A DNA stretch of 64,000 bases from Trypanosoma brucei. Taxonomy: Eukaryota. Shown in pieces: positions 21,401 through 32,100 of this stretch. The stretch is taken from the NCBI GenBank assembly GCA_000002445.1, contig CH464491.1, positions 1,760,001 through 1,824,000 on the forward strand. The letters are read 5' to 3'. The number at the start of each line of letters is the position of its first letter. The stretch's first letter is position 1. The notes beneath the pieces were generated by a model. The model saw nothing but the letters and a program-made list of their open reading frames with translations, made no database searches and was not told the origin of the DNA. A program made the position numbers and the translations under genes.

Positions 21401-22804
21401 GAACTTCTTCGTTGCCGACGTAACAACAATGTCCTTAGCAACCCGGGGCTCCAAAACTGTCAGCTTCACCGGGGGCGGCGTCGCGTATCCTAGCATACCA
21501 AGCAGGTTGTCACACGTCACGTGCAATCTCTCAACCTGTTCCGCTAACGCACGAAACTGCATATCCTCGGTAGAAGTCTTAACCACATTGCCCCGTGTGT
21601 CTCTCTGTTCCCCTAACAGCTGCCACCACTCCTCCAACTTCGTTTTGTGCCATAGGTAGGATTTCAGGGCTACTTTTGAAGTTGCAACTGCTAACGCAAA
21701 AAATTGCTCTTTCTCCGCATCTGTGCTGTCATACATACCCGGCATAATACGAACACACCTCAAGCGGGCCGCACTCAGCTCCACTGCCTGCTGAAGGGAG
21801 GCCTCATCAACAACATCCGATGTCTTTGTTGTAGGATTAAATACCCGACGAACTCCAGCGGATCCCACAAAAAATATATCTTCCCTCTTAGGCTTACTGA
21901 TACCCGTAGTCAGCTCCATGAGCCCATGATAGTTGGCGAGATCGCTCAGTTGGACAGAGGTGTCTTCCACTGTGCCCTCCGCACCAAACAGACGGGAAAC
22001 CACGGCGTTTGTTCCTCCAAGTATTTCTATACCGACCTCACGAATGATAAAAGCCGACAGCGATAGGACAGCTGCGGTAGTAGAAGGGGATAGAGGGGCC
22101 GATAAACGCTTTTCCACGACACCGTGTAGCAACCTGAGAAAAGCCAGAACAGGTTTTGCATCATCCAGCAGACCGGCGAGCCACCACTCGCAGGTCACCT
22201 TGACAACCAGACGCAGGTGGTTGAGCTCTTCCATCGGTGCTTTCATTGTGGACAGCGTGTTATTGCTGCTTCCAGGGGCAGCTGAAGCGACGCCGTTACT
22301 ACTAGCAGTGGAACCTAGTGAACCTGCCCCTGCATTTCCATCGCCTCCACTAGGTCCCACAGGGGCTGCACCGACTTCCATACGCTGTATGGCTGCTTTC
22401 AGCTCCTCCATGCTAACGACCTTTTCAGCATTCTCCTTCACTCCCTTCTGCACCAACGGCCAAAAACTCTCATAACGCTGATGCACCTCGGAGCAGACAA
22501 CGACAAAAGAATGAGCGTCACTGGCTTTCATTTTTGTCCCTTGGCAGAGGGACTGCACAACTCCCTGGGCGGCCTCCGAAGTAAACATGGCAAAACTAAC
22601 AACGTCAAGCTGATCGAGTATTACTTTCTCTGATGCTTCTGCCGAATAGTCTTTAAACCGCTTGGCTAGGGCCGTCGCCTTCTTCAGGTTGGACGTCAAG
22701 GAAGGGGACTTTTCCGCAAATGCCATTCGTCCCGGTTGCGGATTCCTGTTTCGCTCCCGCAGCGTCATTCGTTCCGTAAGGAACTGGAGGACGCTTGAGC
22801 TCAT
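18440..22804 (-). CDS. UPF2: UPF2-like protein (regulator of nonsense transcripts 2; MIF4G-type) with a polyacidic tract, 1454 aa
   Basis: ATG confirmed at 22802-22804. The N-terminal block SNLKKATALAKRFKDYSAEASEKV...SEAAQGVVQSLCQGTKMKASDAHSFVVVCSEVHQRYESFWPLVQKG aligns by eye with human UPF2 SSLKKNTAFVKKLKSISADDVPKL...SEVVSAICEAKLKTSDINAAVQICSLLHQRYKEFSPSLIQG. A long D/E tract near the C-terminal third is encoded by (GAT/GAA/GAG)n repeats at about 18944-19010. The rest of the alignment is from memory and unverified. Confidence 0.6.
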   Translation of the reverse strand: MSSSVLQFLTERMTLRERNRNPQPGRMAFAEKSPSLTSNLKKATALAKRFKDYSAEASEKVILDQLDVVSFAMFTSEAAQGVVQSLCQGTKMKASDAHSFVVVCSEVHQRYESFWPLVQKGVKENAEKVVSMEELKAAIQRMEVGAAPVGPSGGDGNAGAGSLGSTASSNGVASAAPGSSNNTLSTMKAPMEELNHLRLVVKVTCEWWLAGLLDDAKPVLAFLRLLHGVVEKRLSAPLSPSTTAAVLSLSAFIIREVGIEILGGTNAVVSRLFGAEGTVEDTSVQLSDLANYHGLMELTTGISKPKREDIFFVGSAGVRRVFNPTTKTSDVVDEASLQQAVELSAARLRCVRIMPGMYDSTDAEKEQFFALAVATSKVALKSYLWHKTKLEEWWQLLGEQRDTRGNVVKTSTEDMQFRALAEQVERLHVTCDNLLGMLGYATPPPVKLTVLEPRVAKDIVVTSATKKFYAVSAAETLNRFESDEQRIFYEYVPDFLTISDELLKSLLSEKPSWDSLGRQGVLAQSPCAGVTDAREKKAHKRKEEGEGKDTASNSDTRCVGESRSPSYMKVSTTVERRLWLAWLAVPATLFDEYAVVLQLLEELEQCRSADAIDKWCVQYMQEALRPLEHSSGSVALGSVFFTNCRMLLAMEAWYSPWVQQPDMVPYLSRCIAEFSQYFPDMSEFIAGRLDAHWKSLCKADSGISEEKLRDQVEGTVRYICDLTKFGAIAHLAVFSVLRVGMEDLHGRISPYLISSVMKYCGFFLSRNQTTRQPFNKALGKLESALSKTTLYDEGSDLIRASLDFLHVPSAPRRPVAQVERSPLELYVRHLLNDVLSRQKYKFVCEKLVKVPWEDPAKRNGLVATLRDVQHLKWDNIPLLADLLADLGRAGHDSLVLRIVETVAEDLRRDLEVVPRDTEVEAVEMTEEIRYYAEASQLHAEYRSMSLRLLDCVFITHLCRARVLSFRFVSYIVAQLLCYTPHPNGCSPDCSRLRCCVSLLSGSLTFLPWQQRDSRSRSAERLASLHQLMRKMMALLFVHRYTIRALPLDLSQRLDELVSQLDECMRQGSGVGQPKGRDKHRGGEEKERSQDSVSESTAPPPGMRLPKSLQEAEAYAKVVEEEHVLSANVWYDRMCEKMRKSCREDFPHCRISSVQVRAASCSQVESTVAENVEENLMGLSTQDVDHVYDAVSSHGSDAGESYARGEYDVSTQSDGSSDESPDFDSDYSHSSTLSGFSRSDSDMISEENEDDDMDDEDDEEEEYSDDEEEEEEDEDEDEDEDEDEDEDDDNKKIAAAEALRLRIEEANLDAKLRALMSETQRDGIFRAASAATKGAAAERLIKQELTAGIRLHRQQQRSQQPHEESANRQEMKFVVLRRPVRGGGSTNTKPGGTSAGADPHGASANEGVDRNTLTLPRDTEFARSALHLQEQHRRQRDELREVTLRINRMQESERR
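18944..19010. repeat. Coding trinucleotide repeat, (TCATCT)n followed by (CTC)n on the plus strand, encoding DEDEDE...EEEE in the UPF2-like gene
   Basis: The plus strand reads tcatcttcatcttcatcttcatcttcatcttcatcttcatcttcctcctcctcctcttc. Confidence 0.8.
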
Positions 22805-22886
22805 TCGCTCCCACCTGAAATAATTCGTTCAACCTATTCGGTTTCTTGCTTTCCTTCACAACTGAAACGGGCCTTGGCACCGATCA

Positions 22887-22904
22887 GTATATATATATAT
22901 ATAT
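22887..22904. repeat. (TA)n microsatellite
   Basis: Read directly as tatatatatatatatatatg. Confidence 0.9.
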
Positions 22905-23599
22905 GTATTTTGGGAACGAAAACAGATATTTGTGCACTAAACTATGTAAGAAATATGCTTCTGCTCCTGTGAAAGCGCGTGAAAATTAAGAAAATAAGGT
23001 TGGTAAGTGCAGGGCAAGTACAATAGACTGCTACCCGGAAAAGGAACAGGGAAACGCATCCACGTAAGTACGCAGTTTGGAGCGCATCATATAACGCTCG
23101 CTCCTCACGCCCGGTCGTTGACACCACTGGTGGGTCCCAGGCCACCCGAATGAGGCTCACGAGCTCGTTTTTTCACTTGTTTGGTACTAATACGCCTTTG
23201 TACTAGTGTTTAAGGGGAGGGAAAGTGCCTTTTTTTTTTACTCATTGCGGCCCATATCCCGTTCGATCAGGCACGAGCGAAAGGCTGGGCACTTCTGCTC
23301 TCGCAAAGATCCCCCCTCTATGAAGAAATATGAAATTCAACTGAAAAGTTTATGGTGCCTTTTCTTCTCTGTTGTTTTGATCATGTTGCAGACACTTATT
23401 CTATGGATATTTTCTGTAGGTGCTGATGATGACGTCAAGCATTTGGAGGCTAACCCAGGATTTCCCGAACAGCCATTCTCCTGCTACTACTTCGTCCCTC
23501 TTTCACTTCCCCTCACACGCTCTCCCCCTTCTAGTCAACCGCAGAATACCCAGACGTCTGAGAGGCACTGGTCCATCATGTCTTGTGCAAACGGCTCTC

Positions 23600-26500
23600 C
23601 TACTTCTCGTTCGCCTCATTGTCACCCTCACCTACGGTTAATGCCGGCGACACTGTTGCATCGCGATGCTCCTCCGGAGAGGTTGCTGCCGGTGATGCAG
23701 TTGGTACACGAAACGGGACGTGTGAAGGGATCAGGACATGTGAGCCGAGGTAGACAGTGTTCAGCGCCTCCGAGCCGGCCTCAGACTTCACGAAGAAGCC
23801 GGGGAGTTGGATGCTTCCAGGATAACGCCTGAGCGCCTCTACGTTAATTTGCTTTTTCCCCATACATTCTTGCATGACACGGATGCCAAGATCGCATATT
23901 AAACGAGCCTTTTTGCTTCCGTGATTGTCAAGCTTATCATCCGTCTGTTTGATACGACTAAACAGTTCCATTACGAAACTCGCGCACTGGGCGTTCTGAC
24001 GGAAAAGTTCGTCAAACAACAGGTGCCATACCCGCTGATATGCGATGAAATGACTATCACTCTCACTCTCGTAAAAAGTGTGATGCGCCATGAAGAGTAC
24101 CAAAAAGGGTATACTGTACTCAGGAAAGCAACTGAGTGCTTCTCTGCTAGAGAGCGTAGCTCCCGACTGTGTCTGCCTGGAGCGTAGGTGGTTACCAACT
24201 TTGCAAAGGACGTCCCTCAGTTGCTGGTAGTCGCTTTTCGTCTCTTCGGAAATAGCAGTGAGAATGAGGCAGGCCACGTACCGCATGTCACATCGACCGT
24301 TAGTAACATGCCGGAAAACTTTGTGCTGGATGGCGCGTCGTACCGCAGTTTCACTCTCCGCTGAAAGAACCACCGCCACCGCAAGCGCCCTTTCGATGGT
24401 TGACGAGGGATGGACAATGAGTTTCAACAACTGCTGGTTGATAGAGCGGCGCCGAAGGCACGCCCTGATAGACTGCGAATCAAACTCGCCGACTAGTTTG
24501 TAAGCGGACAGTAGAGTGTCGAGTACCTCGTTGGTTGAAATGCTGCCATCGCCTTCCGATGGAACGTACGTTGAAAGGGCTGACAAACATTTCGCGGCCG
24601 CATCAACAACCGCGCTGGCAAGCGACATGGAGGGTAGCTCGAGGCACTTCGCTTTCATGTGTGGGGTTTCACTATCTGAGGATTTGTCGCGCGCAGCGAC
24701 AAGAAGGTAATTAGTGACAGCGGGCACCAGCGACCCACCCTTTACCGATCGCTGCGCACAAGGGTCTTTTATGAATACTGACAGAGCTTTTAGCAAGCAC
24801 ACGGCCCCGTTGTTAATCTCCGCAGCACTGTGACGAATGTGATGAGCCAACGTGTTCGCCAATTCCCCCACTTTGCAAAACTGCTCCAACCCACGGATCC
24901 GCGCGATTGCTATCAGGCAACGCGCCGCTTGCTTGCATACTTTCCCCTGCATTACGGGTGCGACGTCGTTAAGGAGCGGTCCGCCCGGGCGCTCACACAA
25001 TGTACACAGGGTTTTAACAAGTCCACAGTTGCGGACAACGGTAGCGGTATCACCGCCTCCCGGGAAAATGGCCTGTTTTGATTCCTTTTCTCCATATTGG
25101 GACACGTAGCGGGCCCAGTCAGTTATGCAAAACAGCGTAAGTAGCACGTTTGAGGGAGTGGCACAAGCAGTCACACCCGCACACGCTTTTTCCAGAAGCT
25201 CAACAAGCGGCCCAACGCATGCCGGAAGAAATGCTGGTGTGGAACGACAACAAAACAATAGTGCACGTAGGAGGCCATTGACTTTGCCCTGCAGCGTAGC
25301 ACATGGTTTTGGGGGTTTGCTTTCACGGCCAAGTCGGCAAATGTCACCCAACCGCGCAAGCAGCTCTTCTACATCCTCCACTTCAGTGGGGAGCATCATC
25401 TGCTTCGACAAGGAGTCCTGAACGAACTTCAGAACATGTTTGTCGACACGTCCCTCCAGCCCACGTATGAGACGCTCACGTTCCGTCGCGCACCGAGTGA
25501 CACCTTCGGAGCAGCAGTTTATGAAAGCTCTCGAAACCCTGTCGTCCTTGGCGAGGAAAAGAGCGTTCCATTCTCCATGCTGAGAGTGAGATATACCCAC
25601 AAGAAACTTCAGTATTCGATGTGCTTTGTTGGCCACCTCTTGGCCCTCTGCTGATCTGAGGTCAATGTTTCGCCCCTCTTCCCGTAGCTGAAAGAGTCGT
25701 AGAACACTGAGCCGGACCCGCGCCTTTTTACCCGCAAAAACAAGCAACCTGTCGAAACATTCCGGACTCATGTCACCACAAAGTACCGCCAAGCAGTTGG
25801 CGTATGTAGGTTCGTGTGACGTTTCTTTTTCGAAGTCGAATATGGGTATGTTTCGACGCTTCCGCTGCAGACCCTGAAGTTGTGACTGTGCCAACGCGGC
25901 GCCACCCTGAGGAGCTGTCTCTCTGGCAACTTTGGGTGGTGGAAGCATCGTTTCGAAAAGGGTCTCCAGCAGCATCACGCCTCCTTCCCAACTGGGGCAC
26001 TCCAGCACGGCTTCCGGTATCCATGGATATGATTCCCTTCGGTAGATGATGCATAGATGCTCAACCGCCACCTGCCGCACTCTGAAGTTCTTATCCGCAA
26101 TGAGCGGAGCAAGTGTCTCTTGCAGGCGCTCGCCTTTAACAAGTGATGGCGCAGCAGCAACAATTCTACCGTACGCGATGACGGCCGCCCGACGGACCTG
26201 TGCGTTCACATCAACGAGACGCTGCTCGACATGCTGCACGATCTCACCAGAAATGAGTAAATTTTCCGTTGTGCCCAACCTCGCTAGTTCTGAACGGACG
26301 GCTTCAACAGAAAGCTCCAACATCTCGATGCGCAGCGGGTGCGCAGTGTCTTCGAATCGCTCGAGGAGGACATTGAAAGTGCTACGGTACACTCGTATGG
26401 CGGCCTCATGGGCACCTAAAGCGGTAAAAAATCCACGCAGGAGAAACAAGCGTACCTCATCGTGCAGGTGCTGGAGATATGGCTCCAACGACGGCACAAG

Positions 26501-27559
26501 CTGGCAGACAAGATCTACGTGTAGCTCCGTAAGCGCCACCAAAAACTCCATTGCGCGACTAATGTCCCGAAGTCCCTGAGAACTCGCGTCCTTGTCATTG
26601 CCCGTCCCCTTCGCTGAAAGTAGCATGCTGACACCCTCCTTCACCATATCCGTAACAAAATCAGAAATCGCGGGCGGAATGACATCCACTTGCCCCAACA
26701 GCACACGAGCGGCGATGATGGCGCCCAAAGACTGTCGGCTTGAGGGCTCTTTATTTGCACGTGGGCAAATCGTTTCCACACCGCTACCTCCGCGGGCCCT
26801 GTTCGCAGCCGCACACCGCAGCAGCGCAGGCGATGCAGTGACAATCACCTTCAGCAGTGGGGACAGTTGTTCTCGTGTTATAGCTGTTGTGGTAAGCAAA
26901 ACATCATTGAGAATCTTCGCCATTTCTGACGCAGTTGTTGTGGTGATGGCGCTGCTGGTGCTTGAGGTGGAGGCGCCAGGCGCCGGTGTCCCAGACGCGT
27001 GCAAAACACTCGCAAACAAATATGTGAGACGTTCATCCAGAGGAAGTTTGCAGGATGGAATGACATGCACGAAGACACGTGACACACTCGCACGTTCAAT
27101 GATATTTTCGCACGTTTTCAGTGGTTTTCCGTCTCGAACAACCTCCACGAAGGGCGCCACAAGGCAAGTAAGAACGTCATCCGCGCGAGTCCGCCTGAAT
27201 GGAAGTTGAGTTTCTGCCATTTTGTCAGCAGGACTGTTATGCAATCGTACGAGGTCGGAAAGCAAGCACCCAGTAATTTGCTGTACACCGGCTATACTGC
27301 TATTCAGATACCGAGGAGAAAGCAGCTCCTCCAAGAATGTTTTGTCCAGAGAAAACGGTGGCTGAACATTTCGAAGGAAGCGGTGGCATTTGAACAGCCA
27401 CTGAAGCAACTGCGCGTCAGCCTTCTCTTGAAGTAAGCTCCCAGACAAAATGGATGCATCCTCTTCTTCAAGCCGTGGTTTCTTCTCTTTTGCTGCTGCT
27501 AGCTGAGCTGCGGCATGTCCGCTGCTCCTTTTTGAACGCAATACTTTCCCAAGAGACAT
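23600..27559 (-). CDS. PDS5-like HEAT-repeat protein (sister-chromatid cohesion associated), 1319 aa
   Basis: ATG confirmed. The block FNVLLERFEDTAHPLRIEMLELSVEAVRS...AQVRRAAVIAYGRIVAA...LIADKNFRVRQVAVEHLCIIYRR parallels human PDS5A [25 protein letters not shown]...EEAIRHDVIVTIITAA...[24 protein letters not shown]. The family call rests on recalled sequence and is tentative. Confidence 0.5.
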   Translation of the reverse strand: MSLGKVLRSKRSSGHAAAQLAAAKEKKPRLEEEDASILSGSLLQEKADAQLLQWLFKCHRFLRNVQPPFSLDKTFLEELLSPRYLNSSIAGVQQITGCLLSDLVRLHNSPADKMAETQLPFRRTRADDVLTCLVAPFVEVVRDGKPLKTCENIIERASVSRVFVHVIPSCKLPLDERLTYLFASVLHASGTPAPGASTSSTSSAITTTTASEMAKILNDVLLTTTAITREQLSPLLKVIVTASPALLRCAAANRARGGSGVETICPRANKEPSSRQSLGAIIAARVLLGQVDVIPPAISDFVTDMVKEGVSMLLSAKGTGNDKDASSQGLRDISRAMEFLVALTELHVDLVCQLVPSLEPYLQHLHDEVRLFLLRGFFTALGAHEAAIRVYRSTFNVLLERFEDTAHPLRIEMLELSVEAVRSELARLGTTENLLISGEIVQHVEQRLVDVNAQVRRAAVIAYGRIVAAAPSLVKGERLQETLAPLIADKNFRVRQVAVEHLCIIYRRESYPWIPEAVLECPSWEGGVMLLETLFETMLPPPKVARETAPQGGAALAQSQLQGLQRKRRNIPIFDFEKETSHEPTYANCLAVLCGDMSPECFDRLLVFAGKKARVRLSVLRLFQLREEGRNIDLRSAEGQEVANKAHRILKFLVGISHSQHGEWNALFLAKDDRVSRAFINCCSEGVTRCATERERLIRGLEGRVDKHVLKFVQDSLSKQMMLPTEVEDVEELLARLGDICRLGRESKPPKPCATLQGKVNGLLRALLFCCRSTPAFLPACVGPLVELLEKACAGVTACATPSNVLLTLFCITDWARYVSQYGEKESKQAIFPGGGDTATVVRNCGLVKTLCTLCERPGGPLLNDVAPVMQGKVCKQAARCLIAIARIRGLEQFCKVGELANTLAHHIRHSAAEINNGAVCLLKALSVFIKDPCAQRSVKGGSLVPAVTNYLLVAARDKSSDSETPHMKAKCLELPSMSLASAVVDAAAKCLSALSTYVPSEGDGSISTNEVLDTLLSAYKLVGEFDSQSIRACLRRRSINQQLLKLIVHPSSTIERALAVAVVLSAESETAVRRAIQHKVFRHVTNGRCDMRYVACLILTAISEETKSDYQQLRDVLCKVGNHLRSRQTQSGATLSSREALSCFPEYSIPFLVLFMAHHTFYESESDSHFIAYQRVWHLLFDELFRQNAQCASFVMELFSRIKQTDDKLDNHGSKKARLICDLGIRVMQECMGKKQINVEALRRYPGSIQLPGFFVKSEAGSEALNTVYLGSHVLIPSHVPFRVPTASPAATSPEEHRDATVSPALTVGEGDNEANEK

Positions 27560-29105
27560 TCCGCTAAAAAAAAATGTTTACACCTCTTCGGATGCTCCTT
27601 TGTTTGGCTTTCACTACCTCTTCTCCTAAAGCTGTTTCTTTGTGCAGGTGTTTCCGTATCCCTTCTTGTCCCTGTTGCAAGTGTAGAACTGCTGCTGCTT
27701 TGATTTTCTCTCCTCAAAGCGGATTTTCCTTTTGATGGAACGATTTACACAATGCAATGCGCTGTCTGCTGCAAATAGACAGGGAAATCAGGGTTAGTAA
27801 AGGGCATCACAGAAACAAGAAAGAACGTAAGGAGAAATTGGAAAGAGAACACAGGCGAGTCCAGCGGGGCCGTACACGTTAGCCTGAAGTCAGTCATACG
27901 CTACTGCGTAGAACCCGCAGCGAATACATTCACTTTTATTACGAGGCGACCATCCGCCCAACGCGCTGACAGGAAGATCATTAATAATAATATGGTATTG
28001 CACGAAAGACTCGATCTTATCCATTATTCGGGGTGACGGAAGTAAAGGGGCAAATGAATCCCCAGCCCGTAGACCCATGACTGAAACATGTAAAAGTTTT
28101 TTTTTTTTGAAACAAAAAAGACGGGGTAAAAAGGGGTAACAGCAGCAAAAACACTGGACTGAGTGACGTGGCTCATCATAGGGATGGAAACAAAAAACAC
28201 ACGTCCCCCCTCCGCTCCTTGTTTCATCTTCCTCCCCGACATAATTCTTCATCTTTATGCTCTCGTTTGCCTGTTAGCAACCTCCACTGTTCGATTTGCT
28301 TCCTTCACATTTTAATGTTTCATCCCACTAATTCCCACACGAAAGCATTGGTCTCATTGACATACACCAACCCCACACAAATGCTAAACCTCTCTCATTC
28401 CAATACATTTGTATATGTATGCATACGTGTGCGCGCACGCTTTCGTATGATTGTGTGCATACTTGTTGTGGAGCCCCGGAGTAACTCTGTTTTCCTTATG
28501 GGCTGGCGCGGTATCGCTTGCTCCCCGCTCCGAGGCGACACAAAAAAGCACAAAGAAAAATGAGAAAAGGCATGGTGAAAATATACTACAAAACTCCAAA
28601 ACTTATGTTACCTTCCCCACACAAACACACACGCGCACACACACATATATGCCATTCCTTCGCTTTATGTCTTGCGGCATATTCGCTCCTCACCTCGCAA
28701 TATCTTTTGGGGGTTCTTAAAGTCTATGAAACTCACAGCATCGTATCCGCTTCCTTTCTACAGCCTTTCGTCCTCTTCCTTTACCTTCACCCACCTTCAT
28801 GAACTCCTTTGGGTTTCTCTTTTGTCACTTTTCCTGCTGATGAGACCTGAATGGAGGGCAGTCGCGAAATAACAATAATTATAACGGGTGAATACATAAG
28901 TAAGAGCAGACCCCAAGCACACACACACATACACGGAACCTCGCGGCGTCGTTCCTCGATTATTACGTCTTCACTTACCCACCCAGTCATCGATATTTGA
29001 CTAGTACCGTCTTGTGGTTGGAAAGCTTAACGCTCTTTCATCGCATGACTGAACTTGAGGCAACTCGCTTCGCTTCCGGTATTCAGCAGCCCAAATGATG
29101 TGGTG

Positions 29106-32100
29106 TCAAAAAGACCACTGCGCAGTGGGGAATCTCAACCCTTCCTCACTGCGTGACTGAGTTTCAGACGGCTCACCACCAATACTTGAAGGCCCAAATG
29201 ACTTGATGCCAAATAAACCAATACCCGGTGAGGTGCTGAGATTCGCTATGGGTGTTGATACATATGTGTAGCGCGGTTTCTCGGGGAAGGCGCAACCTGC
29301 AGTCATCGAACTGCTCCCAGAATAGGGAACAGAAGGGGAGCTGGTCTGAGGTGACAAACGTAGCAGTGGATCACTCGGTACACCATTAGGTGTGAAACCA
29401 GCGTGTGGCACCGCGCCGCTTGCCGGCTGCGCTGATATTGGGGGTGTTGGGGTATACGGGGCGGCATTGGCGTCAAGCGAAAAACGTGACGTGGAATCGG
29501 GGGCACCAAAAACTGCTGTGACGGTAAATCCACCGTTGCTTGTGGGGCTACTCCTGTCTGTAATGGGTGCATCGTCACTAACCTCGCACGTGAGTTGTGA
29601 AATATCAATCGGGTGTTGGTGCCGCTGTGAAGGCGGAGGTGAGGATGCATCACAAGTGACTGCCAGAGAGCCGAGAGCATTTCCGCCGTTGTTATTTGCC
29701 AGCATCGTAGTAAACGGCGGACGCTTCGAGTATAATTCCCACGATAGATCCATGGCAAGACAACCTGTCGCGGGGGGCGCAAAGCTGCTACCCCCACCCA
29801 CCGTGCCCGCCGATCGCGGCAACGGAACGGACACCCCCGCACCGTTTATGGAACTGCCGGTTACGCCAACTGGGCTAACTGCACGTGTCCCCGTTGTTCC
29901 TTGTTCAGCAGGATGGAGTTGGGGTGTGAGGTTGGTAGAGGGAGGCGTGCCCGCGGATGCGTCCAGAGCCGAATCCTTCGTTGCTGCGAACACAAGAAAG
30001 GACTGGACATCGTCGATAGCCAGCTTGTCGTGGCGCGTTGCCGTCAGCCCCGGTATGTTCAGAGCCACCGGCATGTCTGCACCTCGATGTTGCCCAAACC
30101 CTTCCCACTCCTTTTTGCGTTCCACCAGGGCCTTCTTGTCTTTCTCAATGCGCGACAAAGTTTCACACAAACTTTTGAATTGGCGTCGGAGCTCCTCTAG
30201 CTTGCGGTTGTCCTCCTCAATTTGATTCTGGAGTCTCTGCACATTTTCTTCCTCTTTGGCCTTTTCTTTTGACAGTTTTGCAACTTGGGTGCGATTGGCG
30301 GCAACCGTTTGAGTTAATGAGTTCAACTCGCGCTGCAGTTCCGGGTTGGGTCCAACCTTTGCAAGAAGCGCCTTACGTTCACGTTCTTTCTTCTTCTGTA
30401 CGGCCTTCTGACAACCCCTGTTGTAGTCATCCATCAGCTGGCGGTGAGCGTTGACACACATTTTATTGAGAGCCTCACGTTCCTGAGTTTCGAGTTTTTC
30501 AAGCTTTTGAACGGCCTTCTCTACCTCCTTTCGGCGTTTCCCCTCCGCTGCCGAGGTTCCCGTCAGTTCTGCCGAGTTTACTTGATGTGAACCCGAGACA
30601 CCCTTTCCGCTGTTGGTGTTGCTGGTGGTCTTTTTACTTCCGCTGTCAGCAAAGGGAGTTCCATCGAGGTTAAGCAAGTTAAGGGCAAACTGGAATGTGA
30701 GGCGGTCTTCTGCGGAATTGTAGAGTCTGTAGTCACGCTGTGCATTGGCCTGGCTGCGCAAGGCGACGGTGAGCTGAACAAAGTTGTCGTAACCAACCAG
30801 CTCACCTGGCGCAGCCTCTACTTCCTTTTCCAGGAACAGTACCGGACGTTCCTTGAGGGCATTTTGACTTGATAAATCCTCTCCATTCCCCTCACTGCCG
30901 TTGTTGTTGTTGTTGTTGTTTTTGTTGTTCCTCCGCTTCCTCTTTGGGTCCTGCGACCGAATCACCATACGGGCACGCAGAGGACCACTATGACGATGCC
31001 ACACGTGGAAAGTCAGCTCATTGTCACATAGCATTAATATAGCTTGCCATCTTATTTTTTTGCAGCTGAATTGGTTGCTTATCAGGCGATGTAGCGGTAG
31101 CTCCTCCAGAAGTTCAGCATTGTCAACAGTACAGGTGTAGCGGCCAGGAGCATGTTCGTGAATCTGCATCTGTGGCATCAACGGGCACTTAGTAACGGGA
31201 GGAAAGCCGCGGCACATAGGGTAGAAGTGACTGCTTATTTTTTCCGCAAGGCACTCAGCCCTCACATTGAAGTCAAGGGGTTCCTTCCCTGCACAATCGG
31301 TGGAAATGGAAAGCTCTCGGCAGATATCCTCCAACAGGGGCAAGGGAAGCGGGGAAAAATACATGAAGACGGCGAGGGCGGAAGCCGCCATGCAAACGAC
31401 ATCTTTCTGGCAGTCGCAATCCTTGTAGCCGAAGGCATGTGAGAAATATTCCAACTTCTTGCCTCCCAACGATTTAATTTGCCTCCTCAGATATAATAGC
31501 TTCTCCATCCGCTCCTCTTCACGAATTCCTGAGGACGTGGTTACGCCGTTAGCATTGTTGCCACTCCCACCTGCGATGCTTCCTTCCCTGCCGCTCTCAA
31601 GGGATGCGGTGTTGACACTCACATTACATTTGCCTCGCCGTTGGTTGCTGTTTGGTGGTTCGGACGACGACGATGCGAACCCGCGTTGGTCCATGCGATC
31701 TGATGTGGCTAGGCAAATTGAAACAGTGAGAGAGCAAATCCTGCTCGCAATGCCCACGCGACAGGCATCTTCCCCATATTCTTCCCCTCCAACTCCCCAG
31801 TACTTCGCTGCCGGTCGCAGTGTGCTTGCGCTTAGCGGCGCCAACTTGTTAACAATTGCGCTGTGCTCATCGGTATCGTCGAGATACGAAAGCTGAGAAT
31901 CGCCGCCACTCTCGCTGCTCCCTGCGTAAAGCACGTCCCCATCTTCATCCCCATCGTCGGCAGATTGGTCCCTTGCGGTAAAGGATTGGCAGCACACCTT
32001 GAGGTCCCTTTCAGTGAGCAAAAGGTATGGCGGAAGAGACACGTCGCCTTCGCCCCCCCTGCGTGCATGAAATGGAAGGTCTGAAGTAAGAATGGGGCAA

